From the IMG/VR virus record IMGVR_UViG_3300030104_006170: a DNA stretch of 64,000 nucleotides; one strand, 5' to 3'. Position 1 is the stretch's first letter, and each line of letters begins with the position of its first letter. Position numbers and translations under genes: made by a program. Origin of the DNA: a virus. Its lineage: Duplodnaviria > Caudoviricetes. Shown here one piece after another: positions 8,974 to 18,479 of this stretch. The notes beneath the pieces were generated by a model. That model was given only the letters and a program-made list of their open reading frames with translations. It was not told the DNA's origin and ran no database searches.

Positions 8974-11634
8974 TTAACTACAAATACATGGGTTACCATT
9001 AGACATAAAAATATTGACTCCTGGAAGTGCGTTTATTTGACTAAGAGTCATAGAACTAGTTATTGGTGCTCCTGCGTTTACAAAATAATCTATAACATCC
9101 GACCATGTAGACGTTCCTGGTAGAACCTGAGACATCGTACCAGTATATTTTACCCACACCCCAACCAGGTACCACATAAAATGAGTTCCACCACTCATTA
9201 AACCAGTACAAAAAGGCCTTCCTTCTGGAGCGTACCAACTTGATGTATAGCATGCAGCTGATATAGGTGCTCCATCTAAAAGGTAATCGTTGTAAAACTC
9301 CCAAAAAACATCCTCAAAAGGAGTGTTCTGATTCATTGGGTCGTCCGAGAAGTAAGTTAGTGGGTGAATAATCCAATCCCAAGTAACTGGGTCTATGTCA
9401 TACAAACCTATAAATGTTTTTCCTGCACAATCTCCTGGTGTATTATTTGTTATTATACATGCTTCTTCTGTTGTAAAGGTTGATGGGTTTATGGTTACAT
9501 TACTATCTGCCGATGGTAAACTACAGTCTACACATCCATTATTACAATGTTCACATTCTTCACAATCTATAAGATTATATCGGTCTTTATTAATGGTAAA
9601 ATTATGGTATATCTCATCCGGAGTTAACGGTTTAATATAATACATCATTTGTGATATACCCCCAACAAATGACCCCGCAAAATTATCACTTAATAATCGC
9701 CTATCTGGTGTTAAATTTAAATCTATAAAAGTAGTACTATTATCTATGGTACATTGGTCACCAGTTAATGGTAAGTTTCTTTGTATTAGACTTTCCCTTA
9801 GTCCAAAAGTTCCACCACCCCAAGACATATTATAAGCAACACCAACCTGGGTTTGTCTATTGGTATTTAATTGTCTAGGTATTATTTCTTCATAATTTTC
9901 AACTTTATGAACTCTTCTTCCATTAACATAAAAAGTTAGGGTACCCAATCTATATTCTCTTTCTCCAAACCAACTTTGTACTTGTGCACCATGACAATCA
10001 AAATTAAAATAAGCATCTTCTATAAATCTTGGGTACTGGTCTTTACATGGTTTATCTTCTGGTATTGGTGGTGTTGGGTGACAACCGTAAGGACTAGAAC
10101 TCCCTTTATGTGTTCCATACCTTTGAAATTTATCAGTCCTAACTTTAACTAAGTCATTAATTCCACCATTATTAAATATTTCGCAATCTTCCAGGTATAA
10201 ATTTCTTTCAAAAACAACATCTACTTGTATCCACGTATCCTTACAATTACCATTTGCAATTATAAAATTACATATTGGTTCTGAATAACTTTCTTCTATC
10301 ACATAATCACAATTAAAAGTACTACCAGTATTACAAGTTTCACCTGTGGTTACACACTCTCCAGTATATCTAATCGTTCTATACCCCAATCTCATATCAT
10401 CAGTTAATCTAACACCAAAGGCGTTACTATAGACATCATATTTAGGGTTTGGTGACTTGTTTTGGTTGGTTAGTTTTACCTCTTTTTCTTCTGTATTACA
10501 ACATCCTGTAATTCCTGTTAGTGTGGTACATGCGGATAAATAATCAAGTTGTGTGTCCGCAGATAAACCATTCCTATGTTGGTATTTGTCCTCAGCTCTT
10601 ATTCCTTTATAGAAAAAGAACCCACCATTATTTGTGTCCATAACAGACATACCAAATCGTCCAGCTAAACTATAATTTAACAAATACATTGGCATGTCAT
10701 TACTACTTAATGGACTACACACTGTAGTTGCACTACCAAAATTGTATGTTGTAGCTGTACTCTTAAATTGATATAGGTTCCATCCACTTGCATTATAACA
10801 ATTACCATCACTACCACATATAATTTCTTGGTCCCCAACAGGAGTACCACAACAAGGAGAAGTAAAACCGTTACATACACTGTCAGTAATTGTTGTTAAT
10901 TTTAAATAAGTTTCAAAAGACCATCCTTTATTTGGTCTTGTTGGGAGTACTTCATATGGGTAACCATATAATTTATAAAATCCTTGGTAGAACCCACCTC
11001 TTAATTCTTGATAGTACCCTGATGAATCTGTCGCGTTCAGTATTGAGGTGTCTGTGTACCATTGAGTTCCTGCCATTTGGGTACCGAAGGCTTTAACCTG
11101 ATTCATTTTAAATCTTTTATCAAACGATAGAGTAGTGTTGAGTGATGCAGCATTATTGTCACAGTATAAAGTTAGATGTGTTGTATAAGGGTCCATCTCT
11201 GATAAATTAAGTAAACCATTATCTAGTCCTGTCCATATAATATCTGCTACTTCATAATAACCAGTACCACTATAAAGACCTGATGGGACCCCACTATAAG
11301 GACAATCACAACAAGATTTTGCTTTAGACCAGTGGTTTTTACTTAGAATACTAAAAGGTCTATAATTTGTGTCAGTATAATAAGTTGATACTGTACCCAT
11401 AGGGTATTGGTACATACATGCTGTACTTGGTTGTGTACCACAGTTAGGGTCTGATAAATCAATCCATACAGGAAGTGTGTCACCATTATTATGTCCTACG
11501 ATAGAGTTTGACCAAACTACCTCTGTATTAAAATCTTTTTCATCGGACGCTAAAAATAAATCATAATACTCACTATAATTAAGTTTACTGTCCAATCTGT
11601 TGAAGTAAAAGTTATTTAAATTTTGTGTTCCCAT
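8974..11634 (-). CDS. Large Cys/Thr/Gly-rich structural protein, probably with a LamG/concanavalin-like fold
   Basis: 886 aa; GWSFETYLK, LTFYVNG, SFVGGISQMMYYIKPLTPDEIYHNF are LamG-like signatures; late motif upstream. Confidence 0.55.
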   Translation of the reverse strand: MGTQNLNNFYFNRLDSKLNYSEYYDLFLASDEKDFNTEVVWSNSIVGHNNGDTLPVWIDLSDPNCGTQPSTACMYQYPMGTVSTYYTDTNYRPFSILSKNHWSKAKSCCDCPYSGVPSGLYSGTGYYEVADIIWTGLDNGLLNLSEMDPYTTHLTLYCDNNAASLNTTLSFDKRFKMNQVKAFGTQMAGTQWYTDTSILNATDSSGYYQELRGGFYQGFYKLYGYPYEVLPTRPNKGWSFETYLKLTTITDSVCNGFTSPCCGTPVGDQEIICGSDGNCYNASGWNLYQFKSTATTYNFGSATTVCSPLSSNDMPMYLLNYSLAGRFGMSVMDTNNGGFFFYKGIRAEDKYQHRNGLSADTQLDYLSACTTLTGITGCCNTEEKEVKLTNQNKSPNPKYDVYSNAFGVRLTDDMRLGYRTIRYTGECVTTGETCNTGSTFNCDYVIEESYSEPICNFIIANGNCKDTWIQVDVVFERNLYLEDCEIFNNGGINDLVKVRTDKFQRYGTHKGSSSPYGCHPTPPIPEDKPCKDQYPRFIEDAYFNFDCHGAQVQSWFGEREYRLGTLTFYVNGRRVHKVENYEEIIPRQLNTNRQTQVGVAYNMSWGGGTFGLRESLIQRNLPLTGDQCTIDNSTTFIDLNLTPDRRLLSDNFAGSFVGGISQMMYYIKPLTPDEIYHNFTINKDRYNLIDCEECEHCNNGCVDCSLPSADSNVTINPSTFTTEEACIITNNTPGDCAGKTFIGLYDIDPVTWDWIIHPLTYFSDDPMNQNTPFEDVFWEFYNDYLLDGAPISAACYTSSWYAPEGRPFCTGLMSGGTHFMWYLVGVWVKYTGTMSQVLPGTSTWSDVIDYFVNAGAPITSSMTLSQINALPGVNIFMSNGNPCICS

Positions 11635-11639
11635 GTATT

Positions 11640-11673
11640 AATAAATACTATTTGATTGGTTTAGATATTTATA
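11640..11673. promoter_or_regulatory. Divergent pair of putative late promoters
   Basis: TATTTATT on the - strand (11640-11647) and TATTTATA on the + strand (11666-11673), each facing its own gene. Confidence 0.75.
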
Positions 11674-11685
11674 TATAAAAGTAAA

Positions 11686-12519
11686 ATGAAAAGAACCGAA
11701 GCAATTAATCATGTTATTGATGAACTTAAGGTCTTAAGAAAGGATTTAAATGAAGGAAAAAGTATTTCTCCTTTAAAATTTTTAACTCTTTCTGAAATTT
11801 TTAAGTTTAATATAGAACCTAAATCCGATAGGTTTACAGCTAAGTGTTTAGATGAAGCCGCAAAGACCAATAAAGATGAAGAACATTTAAAATTAATACA
11901 AGATATTTTAGATGATGAATTAGATAACGAAGATACATCGGAGAAAGAAGTTACCGAACTAGTAGATTTTGATGGGTCAATGGTTAGTAGTAAAATACCA
12001 CCTGGAACAGACACTAACAAGACTATAGGAGCAAGAAAAACTACTGATGACGCTGTAAAAGGAACCAGTCAAGCAGGTGTGTGGACTGGTGGTGGTCATT
12101 ATTTTAAAAGATATTATGGTGAGTCTGTTGAGGAGTTAGGTGAACATGATATGAGTGAAGTTTTAGGTTATGAAGATACAGAATTTAAAAATGCTGAAGA
12201 GACTATAGAATATTTTAAAAAAGAACATGATATGGAGGAGGATGAAGCTAAAGAAAGAGCTGAAGCTATGGGTAAAACTAAATCCTTGGATAAAAAAGGA
12301 CAGCAAAGATTAACTGAAAAAGAAAAAATTAAAAAATTAGCAGAAGATAAAGCTAAAAATATGATTGAGGTTATATTATCTACTAGGGAGGACGATAAGG
12401 ATTTGTCCGATGGTAAAAATTCTATGTTGGATGTAAAAATAAAACAATTACTTAGACTTGCATCTGCTGAAGGTGTTTCTATCGAGGAATTACTAAATAA
12501 GATAAGTAGTAATGAATAA
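11686..12519 (+). CDS. Hypothetical acidic late protein
   Basis: 277 aa ORF, first gene of a late operon. Confidence 0.7.
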   Translation: MKRTEAINHVIDELKVLRKDLNEGKSISPLKFLTLSEIFKFNIEPKSDRFTAKCLDEAAKTNKDEEHLKLIQDILDDELDNEDTSEKEVTELVDFDGSMVSSKIPPGTDTNKTIGARKTTDDAVKGTSQAGVWTGGGHYFKRYYGESVEELGEHDMSEVLGYEDTEFKNAEETIEYFKKEHDMEEDEAKERAEAMGKTKSLDKKGQQRLTEKEKIKKLAEDKAKNMIEVILSTREDDKDLSDGKNSMLDVKIKQLLRLASAEGVSIEELLNKISSNE

Positions 12520-12967
12520 TGATTTAAAAAATGATGTTTATGTAATACCTGATTCTTTAATAGATTTATTAAAGGTTGGTTTATCTAAATTACAAGCTGG
12601 AGATAAGGGGTATACTCGTTGTAGTAATATGGTGAGTGACGGTAAACTAACCTACCCTCAAGCCAAAAAATTTAAACATGAATTAGAAAACGATTTAGAA
12701 GGTGATGAATATTCATTGGTTGGTGGTGATGATATGTTAGATTTTATAAATAATTCTCTAGAGGGAAGAAGAGATAGTGTTTATCAGTCTAAAAAAATTA
12801 GACAAAATGCGGGTGAAGAAAACGTTTTTAAAAAAACCCATACCAAAGATAAGTCTAAAAACCCAACAAAAGTAAGAAAAATTAAAGTAGCAAAAAATAG
12901 TGACGATATACTTAATAATAGAGCTGTTTACGAAGAGATAAACAGAATAAAACAACTTTTAAAATAA
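12512..12967 (+). CDS. Hypothetical protein (C-terminal YEEINRIKQLLK motif)
   Basis: 151 aa; overlaps the upstream stop. Confidence 0.7.
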   Translation: MNNDLKNDVYVIPDSLIDLLKVGLSKLQAGDKGYTRCSNMVSDGKLTYPQAKKFKHELENDLEGDEYSLVGGDDMLDFINNSLEGRRDSVYQSKKIRQNAGEENVFKKTHTKDKSKNPTKVRKIKVAKNSDDILNNRAVYEEINRIKQLLK

Positions 12968-12973
12968 AAAATT

Positions 12974-13315
12974 ATGCCAGATTATAATCAAAAAAAACCA
13001 GGTGAACAATTAACACAACAATCAGCTAAATTTAGAGAACAAATGATTGTTAAAAATACCTATCAAGTAGGGGATGAAACTGGGTATAGTGCAAACCACC
13101 CAAACGCCTTATCTAATGGTGACGATAAAGGTAAGGGTAGTGCAATATATCTTGATGTTTTCGGTGAAGACATCGGAACACGTACTGATATTATGGGGAA
13201 TGGTGAAGCAAACACCGGTAGAATCAATAATTTAAAAACCAACCTATATAGTAAACAAAACGAATATAGTGCAGGTAATTTAGATTCAGGTAATGGTTAC
13301 GCACCACAACAATAA
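12974..13315 (+). CDS. Hypothetical Gly/Asn-rich protein, possibly virion-associated
   Basis: 113 aa; A-rich leader; within the late operon. Confidence 0.65.
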   Translation: MPDYNQKKPGEQLTQQSAKFREQMIVKNTYQVGDETGYSANHPNALSNGDDKGKGSAIYLDVFGEDIGTRTDIMGNGEANTGRINNLKTNLYSKQNEYSAGNLDSGNGYAPQQ

Positions 13316-13319
13316 TTAA

Positions 13320-13721
13320 ATGAAATTAATAGGTTCTTTAATAGAGTTATTAACTGAGAATGTTTCTAATAGTGTTATAAAAGACGCTATCACCAACAAA
13401 CATACTTGTGAGCTTAGGTATTTAGATGACGAAAAATTACCTGATGGTGGTAATGTGCGAGTAATCCAACCAGTAGCTTACGGATACTCTAAAAAAAATA
13501 ACCCTGTTATAAGAGCATACCAAACATCGGGTCCCTCACTTAAAGTTAATGAAAAAGGAATTCCTTTGCCTGACTGGAGGTTGTTTAGGGTCGATAGGAT
13601 AAAAAGTATGAAACCTAAGAAAGGTGATGATAGTTTATTCTTGACTTTTGGTGAACCTCCACTATATAATCCTGTAGGGGATAACTCTATGACAAGAGTA
13701 ATGTACAATTCAAAATTTTAA
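13320..13721 (+). CDS. Stand-alone WYL-like domain protein
   Basis: CELRY...RVIQPVAYG...IRAYQ...DWRLFRVDRI matches the WYL signature (FRLDRI). Confidence 0.75.
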   Translation: MKLIGSLIELLTENVSNSVIKDAITNKHTCELRYLDDEKLPDGGNVRVIQPVAYGYSKKNNPVIRAYQTSGPSLKVNEKGIPLPDWRLFRVDRIKSMKPKKGDDSLFLTFGEPPLYNPVGDNSMTRVMYNSKF

Positions 13722-13725
13722 AATT

Positions 13726-14358
13726 ATGCCAGACATGACAACTTTACAACAATCTTTAATAAACGCTAGAAAAGTGATGACTAAAGTAGATGATGGTGAT
13801 TTTCCAAAAGGAAACACTAACCGTGCTATGTCTATGGGTAATATAACTGATTCTAATGGATTATTAAGTGAATCGACACCTAGTACTATACCCACACCTA
13901 ATTTACCCAACATAGACATCAATAGTGCAAAAAAAGACCTAACACCAAAAGCACGTATGACAGAATCACAAATAAAAAATTCTAAATTACCTGAAGCTAT
14001 AAAAAAAGCTATGATTGAAAATCCTATACCTGATGTTCCTTTTAATGGTGGTGGTGTTGGTTTAAGTGAAGAGTTTTTAAGTGGTGTTAAAAATGAAATG
14101 AATAAACAAGGTATGGGAACAACCTCAACACAAAAACCACAAAGACACAACAAACCAACTAGTAACACAAAAAAACTATCTTCTAAAAACTTAAAAAGTA
14201 TCATAAAAGAATCTGTAAGAGAAATTCTAGATGAGGTTGTTGATACCAAAATCAATGAAAGTATTGGCCTTAGAAGTGATATGAATGAAAATTTCCAATT
14301 CCGTGTTGGTGATAAAGTTTTTTACGGTAAGATAACTTCTACAAAGACTGTAAAATAA
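13726..14358 (+). CDS. Hypothetical protein
   Basis: 210 aa; last gene of the late operon; contains LKSIIKESVREILDE. Confidence 0.7.
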   Translation: MPDMTTLQQSLINARKVMTKVDDGDFPKGNTNRAMSMGNITDSNGLLSESTPSTIPTPNLPNIDINSAKKDLTPKARMTESQIKNSKLPEAIKKAMIENPIPDVPFNGGGVGLSEEFLSGVKNEMNKQGMGTTSTQKPQRHNKPTSNTKKLSSKNLKSIIKESVREILDEVVDTKINESIGLRSDMNENFQFRVGDKVFYGKITSTKTVK

Positions 14359-14371
14359 ACCCCTAAACCCC

Positions 14372-14403
14372 TTTGACAAATTCGTTTTTTCCTGTTATAA
14401 TTA
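14372..14403 (+). promoter_or_regulatory. Strong early promoter heading the glycosylation island
   Basis: TTGACA(14373-78)-17 nt-TATAAT(14396-401) with an extended TG; also fits TTTG-N20-TAnnTT. The ATG is at 14408. Confidence 0.8.
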
Positions 14404-14407
14404 AAAC

Positions 14408-15646
14408 ATGGAAAAAAAGAAATATAAAATTTGTGTACTACCCTCTGATAGAACAGGGGTATCAAAGTTTAGGTCTGTCGACCCACATACATACTTACAA
14501 GACATGTACCCGGAAGAGTTTTGGGTAGATATAGTTTATGACCCACCTTACTATGATGATGATTTTTGGAAAGGTTATGATTTAATTCATTACCATAGAA
14601 GTATAGGCCCAGATTATGAAGCTTCTGCTGCATTAGCTAAAAGATTAACACAGTGGGGTATACCTCATGTGTGTGATATAGATGACTACTGGTTACCTAC
14701 TGTGGACCATCCGGCTCATATGATTGTAAAAAATAATAAAATAGATGAAAAAATAAGAACAAATCTTACTTTAGCGAGATATGTTACAACTACAACTACA
14801 GTATTTGCTGACGAAATCAAAAAACTAAATAAAAATGTTTTTATATATCCAAATGCTATAGACCACGAAGAAAAACAATATATCCCAAAACCAACAAAAA
14901 GTAATAAAGTTAGAGTTGGTTGGTTGGGTGGCTCCTCTCACATAAAAGATTTGGAAATTTTAAGTGGTGTTGCTGGTAGACTATATAATGATAGAAAAGA
15001 CAAGTTTCAAGTAGTTTTATGTGGTTATGATTTAAGAGGTACTATGACTGTTTTTGATGAAAAAACTGGACAACAGACTCAAAGACCTATCCAACCTATG
15101 GAGTCTGTGTGGTACAAATACGAACAAATTATGACTGATAATTATAGAATTTTAGGTGACGAATCTTACAGAGAAGAACTTTTATCTTTTAAGAAAAAAC
15201 AAATTACCGGTGATGAAAATTCTAACTATAGAAGAGTCTGGACTAAACCAATCACAACTTACGCTTCTAATTATAACAATTTTGATGTGAGTTTGGCACC
15301 ACTTAAAGAACATATTTTTAATAAGGTAAAATCACAACTAAAAGTTATAGAAGCTGGATTCCATAAAAAAGCTTTAGTATTACAGGATTATGGTCCATAC
15401 ACTATTGATTGTGTAAACGCTGTTAAGTTTGGTGGTGGTTTTGATGATAAGGGCAATGCTATGATGATACCAAAAAGTAAAAATCATAAATTGTGGTACC
15501 AGCACATTAAAAAACTAATAGACAACCCTTCTCTAGTGGAGGATTTGGGTGAAAGATTGTATGAGACTGTATACCCTAGGTATACATTAAAAACTGTAAC
15601 CACCCAAAGAGCAGAATGGTATAGAGAAATAATAAATAAATCTTAG
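14408..15646 (+). CDS. Glycosyltransferase, GT-B fold (GT4-like)
   Basis: DIDDYW, RVGWLGGSSH, FDVSLAPL...KSQLKVIEAG motifs. Confidence 0.85.
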   Translation: MEKKKYKICVLPSDRTGVSKFRSVDPHTYLQDMYPEEFWVDIVYDPPYYDDDFWKGYDLIHYHRSIGPDYEASAALAKRLTQWGIPHVCDIDDYWLPTVDHPAHMIVKNNKIDEKIRTNLTLARYVTTTTTVFADEIKKLNKNVFIYPNAIDHEEKQYIPKPTKSNKVRVGWLGGSSHIKDLEILSGVAGRLYNDRKDKFQVVLCGYDLRGTMTVFDEKTGQQTQRPIQPMESVWYKYEQIMTDNYRILGDESYREELLSFKKKQITGDENSNYRRVWTKPITTYASNYNNFDVSLAPLKEHIFNKVKSQLKVIEAGFHKKALVLQDYGPYTIDCVNAVKFGGGFDDKGNAMMIPKSKNHKLWYQHIKKLIDNPSLVEDLGERLYETVYPRYTLKTVTTQRAEWYREIINKS

Positions 15647-15647
15647 T

Positions 15648-15755
15648 ATGGGTATATTAACATTAATAGTAGGTTTTGGGGTTGGTCTTGTAAGTGGACT
15701 ATACCTTTCTAGTCAAATAGAAAAAAACATAAATAAAAGAATAAATAAAAAATAA
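15648..15755 (+). CDS. Small membrane peptide (35 aa), absent from the ORF track
   Basis: MGILTLIVGFGVGLVSGLYLSSQIEKNINKRINKK; fills the gap between two genes exactly; one hydrophobic segment and a basic tail. Confidence 0.6.
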   Translation: MGILTLIVGFGVGLVSGLYLSSQIEKNINKRINKK

Positions 15756-15760
15756 AAATT

Positions 15761-15991
15761 ATGTATTATCAAGCAATAGTAGCATTTGAAACCGGAGTTT
15801 TAGATAACGAGGGGAACGCAAAAGTAAAAAAATTTAAGTACGTAGTAGAGGCAGAGTCACTATACGAAGTTAATAAAAGGTTGGCAACTTATTTGTCTGA
15901 AGACACTAGAGATTCTGAAGTTGTGTCTATAGTTAAGGCTCCTTTTGAGGATATTTTACACCCGGAACTAACACCACAATATTACAAATAA
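15761..15991 (+). CDS. DUF4494-like small protein
   Basis: DNEGNAKVKKFKYVVEAESLYEVNKRL resembles the Bacteroidota DUF4494 N-terminal region. Confidence 0.55.
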   Translation: MYYQAIVAFETGVLDNEGNAKVKKFKYVVEAESLYEVNKRLATYLSEDTRDSEVVSIVKAPFEDILHPELTPQYYK

Positions 15992-15992
15992 A

Positions 15993-16601
15993 ATGAAAGA
16001 TAAATTAGGTAGTACATGGGACAGAATTAAAAGTGTTGTTAGTAACGAAGAAAATTCTATAAGTGATGAAAAAATGTTATCTCATTTAGGTGTAGATTCT
16101 AAAATGTTAAAGGATTTGGAAGACGAAACTGTTAAGTCTGCTATGGAGGGTGTGAAACCCGTAATCAAATATCAGAACAATTCTACAAACTTAGATTTAT
16201 CTTACAAATATATAGACGATAGTGGTATGGATTTAAGAGCTAATCTAAAAGAACCTATGACACTTAAATCTTTAGAAAGAGGATTAGTACCTACAGGAAT
16301 TCATTTTGAGTTACCCGAAAGTTTAGAAATCCAAGTTAGACCTAGAAGTGGTCTAGCTATTAAAAGTGGGATAACCGTACTAAACACACCAGGTACTGTA
16401 GATAGAGGTTATAACGGAGAAATAAAAATTATTTTAATGAACTTAAGTAAAGATGATTTTGTTATTAATCATGGTGATAGAATAGCACAGGCGGTAGTTT
16501 CTCCAGTAATTTCAGGTAGGTGGGCTAGACTAGTAAAAGTAAATAACTTAACAAAAACCCAAAGGGGTGATGGTGGATTTGGGTCAACAGGTATAGAATA
16601 A
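15993..16601 (+). CDS. dut: dUTP diphosphatase (trimeric) with N-terminal extension
   Basis: Five motifs: DLRA, RPRSGLA, GTVDRGYNGEI, RIAQAV, RGDGGFGSTG. Confidence 0.96.
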   Translation: MKDKLGSTWDRIKSVVSNEENSISDEKMLSHLGVDSKMLKDLEDETVKSAMEGVKPVIKYQNNSTNLDLSYKYIDDSGMDLRANLKEPMTLKSLERGLVPTGIHFELPESLEIQVRPRSGLAIKSGITVLNTPGTVDRGYNGEIKIILMNLSKDDFVINHGDRIAQAVVSPVISGRWARLVKVNNLTKTQRGDGGFGSTGIE

Positions 16602-16602
16602 A

Positions 16603-17700
16603 ATGAGTTTATCGATAGTATTTAGTACAAAAAAAATAAATGAAGATTTTGTTAAATTAATAAAGTCTACTTGTGGGGTACATAATGTTGAGGTTTTGCC
16701 TTACGAAAATCCTGGAAAATACTCACTTAATGAGGTCTATAACATGGGTTTAAAAAAAGCTACTAACGATAAAGTCGTATTTTGTCATGATGATATAAAA
16801 TTTGATACGAAAAATTGGGGTAGAAAAATGTTAAAGAACTTTTCTAAACATCCTGATTTTGGAATTATAGGCGTAGCAGGCACTAGATACCTTTCAACTA
16901 CCGGTAGATGGTGGGACGACTTTTCAAAAATGCATGGTGCTGTATACCACGAAAAAGATGGCAATAGGTGGTTAACAAGATATTCTAAAGATATAGGACT
17001 TAATTTAATGCCTGTAGTCTTAGTGGATGGGTTGTTTTTTGGGGTTTCTAAAAGTAAGTTAGTTAAACATTTTGACGAAAGTATAAAAGGATTTCACTTC
17101 TACGATGTAGAATTTTGTTTTTCTAATTTTTTAGAGAACGTTAAAATAGGTGTTTGTACTAATGTTAGAATAACTCATTTATCTATTGGTCAAACTAATG
17201 ATGAATGGGAAAAAAACAGAGAGGTTTTTGCTGAAAAATATAAAGATAAGTTACCTGTTAAAATGAATAGACCTTTTTACGATAATGAAAAATTTGATAT
17301 TTTAATTAGTACCGTATCTTTAAATGAAGAAATAATGGACCTATCAATAAACATTAAGAAACTAGGGCATAATTTATCTTTATTATGTGAACACTCTAGT
17401 TCACATAAGAAATTTTTAAATAGAAAAGGTATCGATATTCATCCTATTAATACACCCCCTGGTTTTAAAATGGGTGATGGGGAGTGGGCTTTGAGTGGGC
17501 CTAAAGGTCCTATCCAATCCGAAAAAGGTAAATTATATAAAATGAAAGAGATTAAATTTGATGTTATACATACCACGGACAATCAAATTATGGAGTACAT
17601 GAAAAATTTCTTTCCTAACACACCACAATTCAATAGTGATGATGATGAGGGGTTAAAGGGTGATTTAATAAAAAAATATAAAAAAGTTTTAGAATGGTAA
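16603..17700 (+). CDS. Glycosyltransferase, GT-A (GT2-like) with extra C-terminal region
   Basis: YNMG...VVFCHDDI...GIIGVAG...VDGLFF...FHFYDVEFC. Confidence 0.8.
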   Translation: MSLSIVFSTKKINEDFVKLIKSTCGVHNVEVLPYENPGKYSLNEVYNMGLKKATNDKVVFCHDDIKFDTKNWGRKMLKNFSKHPDFGIIGVAGTRYLSTTGRWWDDFSKMHGAVYHEKDGNRWLTRYSKDIGLNLMPVVLVDGLFFGVSKSKLVKHFDESIKGFHFYDVEFCFSNFLENVKIGVCTNVRITHLSIGQTNDEWEKNREVFAEKYKDKLPVKMNRPFYDNEKFDILISTVSLNEEIMDLSINIKKLGHNLSLLCEHSSSHKKFLNRKGIDIHPINTPPGFKMGDGEWALSGPKGPIQSEKGKLYKMKEIKFDVIHTTDNQIMEYMKNFFPNTPQFNSDDDEGLKGDLIKKYKKVLEW

Positions 17701-18479
17701 AAATAGTTTCTGGTTGGAGTAATCGTGGTGGTTCTACTTTCGCATTTATAAATCTTACAAATGCATTAAATAAAGCTGGTTATGATACTACATTTTATGG
17801 TCCTCATGAATGGCATTTAGATAAATGTAAATCTGGTAGGATGAATGAAATAAACATGAGTAAAAATGATAATATGATTTTTCATTTTATACCTTTAAAT
17901 GGTAGACCTGATGTTAGAAAAGTTTTGTTATCTTGTCACGAAAAGAATATTTTTGAAGTTGGTGATATCCCTCAGTATTGGGATGAGGTTGTTTTTTTAA
18001 ATAAAAAACAAAGAGAATACCATAATAGATACAAAGGTAGATATAACATAATACCTAATCTTAAAGAAGTTTTAGAAAATAAACCTAAGTCAGCAACAGC
18101 AAAAGGTGTAGCAGGAATTATTGGTTCTATAGACGAAAATAAACAAACTCATATTTCAATACAAAAAGCTGTAAAAGACGGATTTAAGAAAATTATGTTA
18201 TTTGGTAATGTGACCGACCCTAACTATTATAATAATTTTGTAAAACCACTTATCGATGAAAAGGTGATAGAAAGAGGTTTTATTAGTGATAAACAAAAAA
18301 TATATGATGAAGTAGAAGCTGTGTACCTATCATCAAATAGTGAAGTAGCTTCATTAGTAAAAGATGAGTGTGAAACTACTGGCACAAAATTTTATGGTAG
18401 TAAAGCTACTGAACATGATGTAATAAACCTATCTAATGATGAAATCATAAAAGAATGGGTTAAAGTTTTAGATTTATGA
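17694..18479 (+). CDS. Glycosyltransferase, GT-B fold
   Basis: GGSTFAFINLTNALNKAGYD N-terminus; GIIGSIDENK; VYLSS. Confidence 0.7.
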   Translation: MVKIVSGWSNRGGSTFAFINLTNALNKAGYDTTFYGPHEWHLDKCKSGRMNEINMSKNDNMIFHFIPLNGRPDVRKVLLSCHEKNIFEVGDIPQYWDEVVFLNKKQREYHNRYKGRYNIIPNLKEVLENKPKSATAKGVAGIIGSIDENKQTHISIQKAVKDGFKKIMLFGNVTDPNYYNNFVKPLIDEKVIERGFISDKQKIYDEVEAVYLSSNSEVASLVKDECETTGTKFYGSKATEHDVINLSNDEIIKEWVKVLDL

